64,000 bases of DNA from Epithemia pelagica. Taxonomy: Eukaryota; Protista; Bacillariophyta. A program made the translations under genes and the position numbers. Positions 45,591 through 58,403 of this stretch are shown in pieces. The DNA lies in the NCBI GenBank assembly GCA_946965045.2, contig OX337242.1:2542001-2606000 (forward strand), read 5' to 3'. Position 1 is the stretch's first letter. The number at the start of each line of letters is the position of its first letter. The notes beneath the pieces were generated by a model, which made no database searches, was not told the DNA's origin, and worked only from the letters and a program-made list of their open reading frames with translations.

Positions 45591-47179
45591 ATGATCAGAT
45601 CTTTGCTGTCGCTTTTTCCGAGACAACCACCTCAAGAACAGCCAGAGCAGGCCGAATCGGCAAGTTCCCCTCCAAGTCCGGAGAGTAGCATGAACCAGAA
45701 GGAAGACGGGGAGGAGCAGTTTTGGGACGCTATTCCCGATGGTGCACTTCACATTGTCAAACACATTGCAGCCGTTCATTTACTCGAGAAGTTGATTGGA
45801 TCCAGACCCCCAGAAGAAGATGCTGTGGAAACAGAACCTACTTCCTTCCAAGATGTACCTTCGTCTACCTTGACGGGAACAGCGTCACGTGCCAAGTCAT
45901 CCGTGACGACGACGACAGAGGCAAGAGCAACAAACACCTCCACAAGTGGTGGAGCATGTCGATCCGCGAGTACCAAAGTTACCAAGAAACAAGGTGGTCG
46001 TAGCGCTTCTGCTTTGAGACGGCGTTCGGTCGATCTTGATGCCGTCTCTCAAGTTGTTCGTCAATGTCCGTCCATTTGTCAGGAAAGATTTTTGTTTGTC
46101 GGCAAGGATGGCAAGCATCGATACATTCATCCACTGTCCTTGATTTGTACACTCAAGCCTCCCGTGGAACTCGTTGGATCAATCTACGAGGCATACCCAC
46201 TGGCTGCATCAACTCCAGAACCATTCCGAGGATCGTTGCCATTGCACTATGCCGGTGCGTGACATGAGTGTTTTGTTTCTACATGCATATTCCGCGTACT
46301 CACTTGGTCTCCTGCATTCTTATTTTGACAGCTGCCTATGAAGCTCCATTACCTGTACTACAATTTCTAGTTTCCAAACATCCGGCCGCTTTACAAGCGC
46401 GCTTGACCGAGAATATATCTCCCCTGGATCTAGCTTGTTACCACTACACCAACGTATGTACGTCGACTCCCAATGTTGACTTGTTGTTGCGAGCCCACCC
46501 TGAAGCCGCTGGGGAATGCTGTACCGAACAAAATTGGTTTCCCTTGCATTCTGCCATTAGCAGTGGTGCTCCATTGAATTCTGTCATTCGCCCACTGGTC
46601 CACGCTTATCCTGAAGCACTCTCGGCGCTGGGAAAGGGCATTGTCAGTCCTCTCCATTTGGCAGCCAGACGCAAAAACTACTCCAAAGTCACTGAGTTTC
46701 TGGTGGCCAACTCTCCCGCGGAACTCTTAACGACGGAAGATCAAGTGGGTCATACACCCTTGACCTTGGCGGCCATGAATCAGAATGCACGTGTGATTTC
46801 CGCCTTACTGAATCGCATTCCGGCCATGGATCAGCAACGTGGACATCATGGATGGACCTTGTTGCATTTGGCAGCCGTACACAATGACAATGCCTCAACC
46901 AATGCCGTCACGTATTTGGCCAAACGATTTCCAGAACAACTGTTGGCCGCCACCCATTCCTACTTGTCGACGCCTCTCCACTTGGCTTGTCGAAAAGGCG
47001 CGCCTATGGACAATATCAAAACCTTGGCACGTCTGAATCGCAATGTCCTACAAATGACGGATGGGTTTGGGAAAACACCCTATGATTTGGCAATGAGACG
47101 AGCCCGAACCGACAAACAGTTCATGGAGGTTGCTCTCTTTCTTCGTGAATACGAAGCAAATCCTCTTGTTCAATTTTGA
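45591..47179 (+). CDS. Ankyrin-repeat protein (2 exons; intron 46255-46331)
   Basis: LPLHYAAAY, FPLHSA, SPLHLAA, TPLTLAA, TLLHLAA, TPLHLAC repeats. Confidence 0.8.
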
Positions 47180-47632
47180 CGAGACACCGAGGGGGATTGA
47201 AACTGGTTTTGGAACAGTTGGGGAATCTTTTCTGTATGATGTTTTGGGGGACGTGGGAAGAAAATACTCAGATTGTGTATAAACTAATGTATTTTCTTCT
47301 GCCGACATCAACGATTTAGTGCAGCAACCTCGAATTTAGGTCACCCAAAGCCATGAGCTTCCATTTTATATTCTGCTTCGCATTATTTGTGGTGCAAGTT
47401 CCCTGTCTGCTCCTAGCTAGAGATGACCGATTCTTTCTGTGAGGGATAGCTACGGTAGGAAAAGATAGAGGCGACTGATTTATCATAATGACCCGTCGCC
47501 TGTCACGTGACCACGACCAAGACGACTCAAGAACGAGAAGAACCCATCCCAAGGCGTTCGCGGTAGTATGGATACCGCCATGTTACGTATTGCATATTGA
47601 TCGTCCGACAACTCGACATCGTCAATACCAAG

Positions 47633-47840
47633 ATGGCTTCCGAAGAAACAGCTCAACAAAGCAAACCTGACATGGAGCATGTCGTTAGCGTCATGAAGGT
47701 GCGACAGCAACAGCAGTTGGAACAGCCAGAAGCACCTGAAGCGGCCGTAGAAGAAATGGAACAACCAGAAGGTTCGGTGAAGCCGAAACGATACCTGCCG
47801 CCACAAGCCACCCCAAATATGAATGCCGAGAATGCACCAA
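47633..47840 (+). pseudogene. 5' fragment of an unidentified gene, abutting the PPR 3' part
   Basis: MASEETAQQSKPD... acidic, Q/E-rich start that ends at the PPR junction. Confidence 0.35.
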
Positions 47841-47844
47841 GAAA

Positions 47845-48634
47845 AACTTCTTTATCTACAATTCGATGATGACTGTCTGGATGAACCATGGAAAACCCGA
47901 AAAAGTGGAGGCTCTTTTTCAAGAATGTAAAGAGGGATACGAAGCAGGGAATACTGCTTTGGAAATAAGACCTGAGCTCTATAGTACACGACTTCATGCG
48001 TGGGCCAAAGCTGGGCATCCCGAAGAGACTATTGGAGCCCTGAACGAGTGGATATCAGCTTGTGAAAACAAGGTGTACAATGAAATGCCTGAAACGAGAG
48101 AGTTCAATGCCGTTCTGAGAGCATGGAGTAATTCCGAGAAGCCTTCAAACGCAGCAAAGGAAGCAGAAGACGCATTGCGCCAAATGATGTAATTCGCAGC
48201 GTCAGGGACATTCCGTTGTTTCCCAAACGTTTTTATACAACTTTGTAATTTCTGCCTATGCCAAGTTGCGTTCGCGTAATGCTTGTGAGAAAGCGACGGA
48301 GTTGATGAATGAAATGAAGGATGTTGCCGAAGAGACTGGAGATCCGTTGCTCAATCCAAATCTCTTAACATACGTGAAAGTTATTATTTCTATCATCCGT
48401 GCCAAAAACGCCGAAGAAAGTGTACCAGAGGTTGTTAACCTTCTCAAAGAGCTTCAGAGGAAAGACGTATCGTTTTGGCGAAACAATGAAAAAGAGTTCG
48501 GACAGAGCCCGTATGACCCTATGCGACAATTGCGTAGGGAACTAAAGTCGAGTCCTCTCAAGGACAATGACTCGGTGTGGTTCGAGCTGAAGACCGTCGA
48601 ATCTCTACTAAAGAAAGACAATCACAGACGATAA
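47845..48634 (+). pseudogene. PPR protein, 3' part, with in-frame TAA and a frameshift
   Basis: FIYNSMMTVW, YSTRLHAWAKAG, FNAVLRAWS, YNFVISAYA, PNLLTYVKVI. Confidence 0.7.
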
Positions 48635-49724
48635 GAGGGTCTTTGCCCAAAGGGTTGGTTTGCAGGAATAATCAGTGAATCTTACTCGTATGCTATACCA
48701 GCTCGCAGTTTGGATGATATTTTCGCTGCTATTTCATGTAAACTTCTCCTCTACACGTGGCGTTTTGAACATTCTGTTTGAAACTAGCGCCCAATCGATC
48801 CCGGAATGATAAATACGGCTAAGATAGGGACCATCCGTCGATTGCTTCCGGATACCATCCATTGATTGCTTTCGGATACCAAACCCTGTAACAAGTGAGA
48901 GTGAGAGTGTGTGCCGGCGCGGTGGGGAGTACCCTTGCTTGCGCATGATTTTTTCAAACTCCTTGGACTATATTAGGATTTATAGTCGATGAAGTATACA
49001 AATATGAAATGCAAGCCACCACTTCTTGATTCTCGACTCGACTGCGAGAAGTCGTAGAGGAGACGAAACACTTCTATGAGAATAAGGCATGCAATGAATA
49101 CCATGAAATAGACCCTCATGGGTTGACAGTTGTCGGAGAGTGATGGGATTCGTACTCAAACCACAATGGAGGGTTCGCCCTGTTCCTTGTTCGTCCTTTT
49201 TCTCGATATGCTCACCCGACAGGGGTGTATTCTACGTGTTATGGCCAATTTCTCTGGACTGCGGCGTCCGATAGCACTCTACCAACGGCAATCAAGTTTG
49301 TGCTCTCGCTGACAAACAGACCACAGATTCTTCCTGCGGTTCGAATCATTCAACTGTCGCGAAATCGTGGATGTTCACCAAGGACGGCTGGATTTTCAAT
49401 AGCATGGTACTTTTGAATCCCTCCACTGGAGACGGAAGTGTGACGTCAATTAGAGCGTTCATGAAATCGGTGTTGTTTTGTCTCTGATCGAGAGACCAAT
49501 TCAGAAAACTGGAAGACCAGTGTTGCCGACCGGCGACTTGAGTAGACCATGACCAAGCATGCCTTTCTCGCAAAACGGTGAGCGCGCTAGGAAATCATCC
49601 GCTTTCTCGCGTCAGCCTTGCCGTGGATTGGGCGCGAAACACAAAAGCGACCGCGAGCAGCACAAAAACATCCTCGCGATGACAAATGAAAGCGAGAATT
49701 GTATTGGTTCTCTCTCTACCAACA

Positions 49725-52700
49725 ATGACTTCCAATTCACAGCAAGGAGAACGACGACAATCCACATCGTTCTTGGAATCGGCCTTGGAGCAGGCCGAAA
49801 CGCTTCGACAGGAGAAGCGACAGAAGCTGGATGCCTTGTGGGTGCAAAGCAATCAAATCAAGGAGCAAATCAAGACAATCGAACAGGAATTGGAACATTT
49901 GGATGATCACATTGATCAACTGGAAGGAGCCGTTCAATCGTCTTCGTCGTCTGCTTCCTCGTCGGCACATGTACATAGAGAAAACGGCGGTCAAGAGCAA
50001 GAACGAGATACTGATGCCGGAGACAACACCATTCAAATTTTGGAAGAAGACGAGGAAGCTCCAGAGAACGAGCCTGCAAGAATATCGCAAGGAGATTATT
50101 CCTACACCGCTGCACCTGCACCAAGTCCTAGAACATCTCAACCCTCTTCTACTCCTGTTAGTGATTCGTCGTGTCGCGATCGCATTTGGGAATTGTTGAA
50201 GGGTCCCTTTGGGTTGTCCGACTTTCGACCACATCAAGAATCCATTATACAATCCACCTTGCAAGGCCATAATGTCTTTTGTGTGATGCGGACCGGCGGT
50301 GGTAAATCGCTGACGTATCAATTGCCCGCATGGTATGAATATGTCGCATGCAATCAAAAGGTAACCTTGGTGGTTTCTCCCCTCGTCTCCCTCTTGATGG
50401 ATCAAGAAGTACAATTCAATCAAATTGTCGACAATGCCCAACAGCAAAGCAACAGTGACTCATTGCTTCCTCGTGCTGCCGCCGTTTGGTCCGGATTGAG
50501 CACGTCGCAACAAGCGGCCGTGTGGCGGCAAGTCCGTCAAGGCGACGTGGCCTTGTTGTTGGTGACACCGGAAAAGGTGCACAAATCGCAGCGCTTGCGT
50601 TCCGAATTGCAATTCTTGTATCAAGCCAATCGATTGGGACGCTTTGTCATTGATGAATGCCATTGTGCCTGTCAATGGGGCTGTGATTTTCGACCGTACG
50701 TATCAAACGACTGGGTGTCGTTGTTGTCGGGTGCAAGGGTCAATCCTGAGAGTGAATAGAGTATGCATTTGTGACTCATTCCGAACTGCATTCTTCCTTT
50801 TTGTGTGTATCGTGTGTTGGTATTTCTTTTGGATTGGCTCGACTCCCATGCTTTTCCCCACTATTCGATCATTTCTTGAACGAAATGGAACACACCGTGG
50901 CTTGTCTTGGCTACTTGGTATGGTATTCCACACATTGGACCCTCGACTTGGCATGGTAATCCACACATTCGACCCTCGAAATGCATGAATGGAACCATAC
51001 AAAATCTATTGAACCGAACTCATACCAATCATCAGTGACTATGCCAAATTGGGCATCTTGAAGCGACACTTTCCGACCGTCCCTGTCTTGGCGGTGACCG
51101 CCACAGCCTCGACGCGGGTGCGAGACGATGTGGCCAGTATTTTGGGCATGGATGGGAATTACCGCTTTTTCCGATCCACCGCACATCGACCCAATTTGCA
51201 GTATTCCATTCGTCCGAAACAGGCACTCACGAGTGGCAAGGCAACGGATGCGCAAGTGGTGCAGGAAATGGCTCATTGGATTTTGCAACATTATCCACCG
51301 CCACACTACAAGAACAAGGCACCGAAACCTGCCAACACCAACCAGAATTCAGACGACGAGGATTGGGGTTGTTCGGGTATTGTATATACGCTCAGTCGAA
51401 AGGATGCCGTGACGGTGGCTCGTGTCTTGAACGATGACTTTGGTATATCGGCCCGAGCCTATCACAGCGATGTGAGTGCGACACAGAAACAAACCATTCA
51501 GGCCGATTGGATGGCGAACCGAGTTCAAGTTGTGGTGGCCACCATTGCCTTTGGCATGGGTATAAACAAACCATCCGTCCGATTCGTCTTGCATCATTGC
51601 CTGTCCAAGACCCTAGAAGCATATTACCAAGAATCCGGCCGTGCCGGACGCGATGGACATCCCGCGCAATGCGTGCTCTTTTACAGTCCCAGCGTACGTT
51701 GTATCCATCTTGGGGGCATTCGAGTAAGACTTTTCGGTATGTGCTTTTCTGACAAGTTCTTTTCTCCTGTGGTTGTTCTTTGCTGATCACCTGAAATCGA
51801 ATCGAATATGACTCAGGATGTCATTCGCATGCGAACATTGGTTCATGAGACGCATCGCGGGGAAGAAAACTTGATTCCGATGATTCGATATGCCCAGGCA
51901 TCGGGAAACGACGCTGTGTGTAAAGCGATTTTGATGGATCATTTGGGAGAACCCAATGCGCTCAATCCGATGCAGGTACAGAAAGACAATGATGGACATA
52001 CAACCACCATTCGGGATGTGGGACGGCATGGACAAATTGCTGCGAGATTGGTCCAAGACGCCATGGAGGAGGGACGGGAGGTTACACTCGCCATGGTGGT
52101 GAAACAGTGGCGATCCAAAGATCGGGGCGACAAAGCAACCAGCAAATCGGCACTACCCCCACCTCCACCCTATGTCCTGGAATATCCTCCTGCCAAGGAT
52201 AATTTGACGGTTGATGAATGTGAACGCATCATCGTCTCTCTCTTATTAGAAAGGATCTTGTGTTTTCATATTCATTGGACGGCGTATTCGGCCGTTGCAT
52301 ACCTGCGAGTCACGTCGCCCTTGGGGCACCAATTTTGTGAAGCTTCGCAGTATCCCAAAATGATTGTTCGCTTTCCTCTTCCACAGGAACCCCTGGATAC
52401 AAACTCAACAACCACGTCAAAAAACAAGGCTAAGGGCCAAACCAAACGAGTCGCATCGAGTTCAAAGCAAGGAGAATGGCTGGAAGCAAAACCCAAGGCG
52501 GCATCACGAAAGCGCAAGTCTTCCAAAACTACCACAACTGTGTCCAAAAAGAAGGCGACCACGACGACAAAGGCCAAGCGTCAACGCAAATCATCCACCG
52601 ACAGTAAAAAGACTCCTCGTGCCACGAAAGCCCCCACAACCAAAACAAAGACTCGACCCAAAACTTCGGCTTCACGCGTCTCGACTGAAACGGAAGTCAT

Positions 52701-52878
52701 TGAGTTGTTTTCTGATGATGATGATGATCATCATGACAACATTGAGCCTCCCTCACAGTCAGGGACGAGGGGGAAGACGACCAAAACTACCAAGCAAATC
52801 CAGGAGTCCTTGTGGAACCTTCGAGATGAAGAAGACGAAAGTGACGAATATGAGTTCCAAGACGACGATGATGAATGA
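49725..52878 (+). CDS. RECQ1: RecQ-family DNA helicase (RECQ1-like), 3 exons
   Basis: TGGGKSLTYQLPA, IDECHC..QWG.DFRPDY, LAVTATA, VATIAFGMGINKPSVRFV, YYQESGRAGRDG; introns 50696-51035 and 51694-51816. Confidence 0.9.
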
Positions 52879-53646
52879 AATAGTATCGCGTTGAATCATG
52901 AGACATTCCGTCTGTGTTTCGGGGTGAAGAGACATGAAGATTTTCCTTTTCTCAAAAGACTATAAGAAGGAATCCATCAAAACAGCATGTCATTGTTTTG
53001 CTGTTCATCACCCAATCATGCTCGTGTGGAAATACCGGTCCACGTATCCACTGTTTGGCACGAAACCATACACTGCAAGGAGACGAAATGATGCATAGAA
53101 ACACGGATCCGAACCCCACAGCCTCAACAGTGCTTCTTTAGCACAAACGTCTTCGCTGCACGCTTCTCATCGATGTTCGAAGGCAAACAAGTGGTTGCGG
53201 GAAGTGTTTCTCGGACAATCTTGTCACAACAACCACCTTGACAATCTACTTGTTTCGTCTCAGCAAAAGTTGTTGCTTTCTGATGTTTTAGACTTGTCTC
53301 TCGGACCGGACACAGTCAGCACGAAGTTCTATGAGTGTACGGTACAGTAGTCGATGTGTATGACCCAAACGCGAATGGTTTGAGATTTTCTTGTGACGGG
53401 AGAAAGCACAATTATTTATTTCATCTTTCATCCCGAGCGACCAGTCGCACTACATCTGTCCGTTCTACCGTAGCAACTTGTAGGAGTAGGTAGTTTGTAT
53501 CGCTAGAGGCTCCTAGTCCTAGCTAGGAGTATGAGGCAAGACCGTCCAACAACTGCATTCATTACAAACAACACTCTAGATGAAAAGTCCACCGGACCGG
53601 CAACAAGCTCCAGTAAGACAAATCGACAAAAGACGCATCACTCCTC

Positions 53647-54564
53647 CTATTCCGGATGGGAGAGATCGAGCATCCACTGAACAGGACTTTGTGGTGTCGG
53701 TGAAGACGAGGAGGACAATCCACCGACAAAGAGAGCGGTTCCGACTCCAAACACGAGGATCAAGACAAAGGACGGATCGGCCTGCGCCGCAACGCCAGCC
53801 GACAAGGTTGTGCTGCTACCAAAGGCAGTTTCCCATTCGGCTCGTGTGTAGCATGCATCGACACCACTGGTATCCATAAGATGCTGCTTCAATTCGGAAC
53901 CGACAATCTCTTGGCCTCCATAAAATTGGTTCAAAAAGTCCACCACATTGGGAACCGACACACACGTTTCACCAGATGCGGTCGTGGTCGTGGTAGAAGT
54001 ACAGGCGACCACATCGTCAAACAAGAATTCTCCTGCTTCAGGCGGAAGCTGAATCATTTCCATTTCCTTGGCATTGATAATGCCATCTTGGTTGGTATCC
54101 ACAGTAGCAAGAGCCGTATCAATCAAAGTTTCAACATCCTCTTGAACACTTGCATCTTCTGTATCAACCAAACCAGACAACAACGAGAGGTACAGCGGAC
54201 GAAGAGTGTCGGTTGAGAAATCCGTGCGTTTCTCTATATGAGTGACAACATCTTGCAATTGCTGCGGAACAGGTGTCGATTCCGGAGTAGAGGCATTGTC
54301 GCCCGACATTTCGGATTCCTTGGCAGGAAGAAGGAGACATTGTCCCTCTGTTTCTTCTTGTGTCGTCGTCAAGGAACGTCGGGCAAGAAGACAAGGATTG
54401 ATAAAATGCCAATTCACGGGTGTACCCAACACCTTGCAGAGACCCTTAGCTAAGGATTCATTTCCACTCAAATCCAACAAGATGAATACGATATAAAGGA
54501 CAATTAAAAGGGGTGATTGTCTGACGGAATCAGCGGCAAGGGGGGTCAAGGACAGGACCAACAT
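53647..54564 (-). CDS. EF-hand/4-Cys family member 3
   Basis: TM helix; RRSL; EF loop DTNQDGIINAKE; GEFLFDDVVAC, GETCVS, DACYTRAE. Confidence 0.8.
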   Translation of the reverse strand: MLVLSLTPLAADSVRQSPLLIVLYIVFILLDLSGNESLAKGLCKVLGTPVNWHFINPCLLARRSLTTTQEETEGQCLLLPAKESEMSGDNASTPESTPVPQQLQDVVTHIEKRTDFSTDTLRPLYLSLLSGLVDTEDASVQEDVETLIDTALATVDTNQDGIINAKEMEMIQLPPEAGEFLFDDVVACTSTTTTTASGETCVSVPNVVDFLNQFYGGQEIVGSELKQHLMDTSGVDACYTRAEWETAFGSSTTLSAGVAAQADPSFVLILVFGVGTALFVGGLSSSSSPTPQSPVQWMLDLSHPE

Positions 54565-55367
54565 GGTGATGGTTTGGTTGTTGCCCTTTGTGGTATCCGA
54601 GATTCTGGATCCAAGCACCTCCGTGTGACAAGACGCCACAACTACTTATTCATCGACACGCGAGCTGTGTCCTCATTGGTGATTGGCGATGGCGGTCGTT
54701 GCTTAGGTATCACAAATCACAACATGGTGGATTTGGAAGTTGGAAGCCACATGCATGGAAGGAAGGAATGTATGGGAAAAACCTGTGAGACCACCCTCTT
54801 CAACTAGCACACACTATGTTGAATTGACCTAACGACAAGAGGCAACGAAACTGGGAACCGGCGAAAGGAAGGAAGAACGTCCATGGTGGTTGTGTTTCTC
54901 GTTGCTGGCATGTAACCTTATTCATCGCCACCGCCCCTGGGCACGCGCGATGCTGTTCCGGCATTAAAAGTCGCTTATAAGTCGCTTATAATGACTCGAT
55001 TATTCACCGCTTCTGCGACCTCTAATTAGTGCGACCATTTTTTCATTCCTGAGCACGACTCATCAACCTCTATGGAGGTAGCCCAATAAACGCTAGAGCT
55101 ATTACTCCTCCTTACACAAAGTTTCTTTCTGGTCCTGCCTTTTCCCTCTTTTGTATCGCAGTGGAAGTTCGCAACTTGTGTTCTCCAACTTCCTCCTGTT
55201 GTCTCCCTACAAAAGGTAACTAGTTTTCACATAACATGGAACTACTTTGGTATAATTAATGAAGTTTCCTAACTACGGAATCGAATTGAAAGCGCAGCAT
55301 GGAGAGAATCAATCGGACATGCAGATTTTGATCATTGTGCTGACCATGGTGTGGATCATCTTGTCAT

Positions 55368-56367
55368 TTAGAAAGGAAGAGCCAATCCGGAGACAAAGAA
55401 GGCCGTTCCGACACCAAAGGCAGCGCTCAAGACAAAGGAAAGATCGGGCATGGTCGCATATCCAGCCGACAAGGTCTCAGCGTCGCTAAAGGCAGACTCA
55501 AACTCGGCATGGGTGAAGCACGCATTGGGTCCACTCTGTTCGACAATCTTCTGGGCCAAGTCCGCACCAACAACCTCGCTACCCGCGTAGAACTCGTTGA
55601 GCAAGGTGATTACATTGTCCGGAGTGACACAAGTTTCACCATTGGCAGAAGTAGTGGGAGCAGTGCACTCGACAACGTCCTCGAAAAGGAACTCACCGGC
55701 TTCACGAGGAAGCTGCATGCCTTCGATTTCGAGCATATCAATCTTGCCGTCTCCATTCGCATCAATGGCCATCAAAGTGTCTTCGACCAAAAGTTCAATG
55801 TCTACTTGAGTGGTATCATCTTCTTCATCGACCACCAAACCGGACAACAAAGACACGTAAAGGGAACGAAGGGTGTCAACCGAGATATCGGTCTGATCTT
55901 CCATGTTCTTCATAATTTCTTCCAGGTCTTGTTGAGAAGCAGCCGATTGCGTGGCATCGGCGGCAGCATCTTCGGCAGCTCCCTTGGATTCAAAAAGTTG
56001 GCACTGGCCCTGTCCGTTGGCGGCCAAATCACGGTTTCCTGTGTTTCTCTTCTGTTTCCTTGCTGCTTTGTTTTTGGTTCCTGATTTCTACCACCCAGTC
56101 TCTTTTTTCACAAGTTTGTACGTGGTCCTTCCCATAAATTTCTTCATCCACTTAAAGGCCGTATGGTTCTTCGTCATGCGGAACCAAGACATGAGAAAAA
56201 TCAGCAGCATCATCAAAGCCGAATCATAGGGCCAGTTGCCGTGTTTACCACTACCGCTTTGATCAACACCGGATTGTTCCAAGGCGTGGGTGCGGCAACC
56301 TGAGTTGCGGCAACCTCGAAAGCAACGGGAGCAGCGACAGGAGCGGCCATGATAAGAATACGACGGT
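55368..56367 (-). pseudogene. EF-hand/4-Cys family member 4; in-frame TAG at 56088-90 and 5' end cut by Copia-3
   Basis: ORFs 56088-56444 and 55368-56027 share a frame; EF loop DANGDGKIDMLE; upstream TM helix ALMMLLIFLMSWF. Confidence 0.7.
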
Positions 56368-58403
56368 GGGCGGAGGAGGTGCTTCGAATTGCCTAACTGG
56401 TCCAATTGTGAGACCATGAGGAGAAATTTCTCGACCTCATCCATCCATCACGCATCCAGCGATCGATCCAACTGTTAGAATTCTCACCGTCTATGGTGGT
56501 TAGATTCTACATCTCATCGATTCCCCATGTCACATAGCCCCGTGCTATCGCATCATGCCACCTAGCTTCGAGCTATGTTCCCTAGCTTTGCGCTATATCG
56601 ACCTATATTTCTTCGCAAATCATGAAAAGTGAGAATAGATTGACAAACTCACTCTCAAGACTAAACTGGGTCGTGCGGTATTACAACGGACGCAAATTTG
56701 GCCGTTGCTTGGACATTATACTAGTGCCCTAAGCGTACGCGCCCGAAATCATCGAGCGCGCCCAAGCGACATCCGAGCGCCGTCGGCATCTATCCGACCC
56801 AACGGTCTAAGTATCCCAAGCACGACACACGATCACGCGAGACCATATTTCCATTCCCACAATCTCCAAATTGTCAACAAGCTGCGCGCCATGAAAACAA
56901 CGATGCCAATCCAAAGCAAGAGCTGTTGACCCTGTATATGTTATCCGTCCACATATACATGTCATATACATCACATGAATCAACTCCAACTATTCCAAAC
57001 CTGTTGCCGCCAAGAACCTATGACACACGACCCTTGGCAGGACCGAACATTTCACGTAGACCTATCGTAGTAATCAACACACAATCTAACAATATCACCA
57101 TTTATCACATCCTCTTTTGTGTCCCGACTATCCTGTTGATAGACTACGACTTGCTTTCCTCTATACCCGTGGAGAGGTTTGTATCGGTTGGTGACTACCT
57201 GATTGTCTGCTCGACCGAGCATCAACGCCACTGCAATTCCAAGAGAATTGTAATAGATTAACAGTCTCAGAGCTTATTTCCTTGTGGTTTCATGGATACT
57301 AACAAGCTTATCACTCCTGTACGACAGATTTATCGAGCCAACCTGCATTCCGGGCAGCCCGATACCCTGGTGCAGCAGGAACTGGTGCCGACGCCGAAGG
57401 CAGCCAACACATCGGTCAACATCTCCGTCGACAGTTCCAACAGCAACCCATTCGAGACTCCAACCCAGCCTCACGCTCCGATCCCTGCGCCGTTGCTTCA
57501 GCCCCCGAGTCCGCCTCGTCGGCTCGTCCCTTCTCGATCCCGTCATACCACCCGGTTGATTGCTGATCATGTCAAGTACTTCCGTCAACCAACTTGTTCG
57601 ACCTTCGATCCCGAGATCATCCGTGGGGAGACCCAGATCGAACGCCAGTTCCAATCGGTGACCCACATCGTCGACCAAGAAGACATTGAACGTCTGAACG
57701 ACCAACTTCATCGCTCTCCGAGGCGTCGCCTCATCTTGGCCGCCCTCTAGGGCAACCCCTAGGGCAACCCCATCCGTACTGTCCACCTCCGCTTCCTAAC
57801 CTTCGAGCGCCCAACTGGATACTACAATACCATCTACGTCGTGAACGCGACGACTTGCCCTCTGCCTCCTAACGTTGTACGCCTAGATAACTACGTTGCC
57901 TACATCCACGAGGTCCATACCATCGAGGACCATCGTGCAACTATCTTCCCTTTGCGTGCCGAGGCCGAGAACCACTTGGCTGAAGGTGATACCCCTTCTT
58001 CTGTTGCTTGTGCTGCCCCATCTGAGCCTGGAAACGACTCTGATTATTCGGAAGAAAGTGGAGATTTGGAAACCCAAGCTTAATTACTCATAGTTAACTC
58101 CCGTCCTCTCAAAACCTTTCCAAGACTTATACTCAACGCACATCCGGGTACCCTTGGTCGCACAACACGCCACACATTCCCGTCAAATCGCGAAAATTCG
58201 GCAAAAATTTGTTGAAACTCGGCGAAAATTTGTCGGAATCAACGGAAATTTCCAGGAGTCGCACATCACAACACTCATCCGGGTATCACATACGTGGTAC
58301 ATACGTGGCACACGTGGTACATCCGGGTTCACATCACATCACACATTAAATAAACCACATCCCACCGCACATTAAATAAACATCGAACCAACCAAATAAC
58401 ACC

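Noticed and set aside
50921-50979. 33-bp-period duplication in the 340-bp RecQ intron as a hidden element
   Set aside because: Only two imperfect copies with no TE ends or snoRNA boxes; an ordinary local duplication.
3000-56090. Reassignment of TAA/TAG to Gln
   Set aside because: Intact genes here terminate at TAA (GT2, members 2 and 4) and TAG (member 1, copine) at homologous C-termini.
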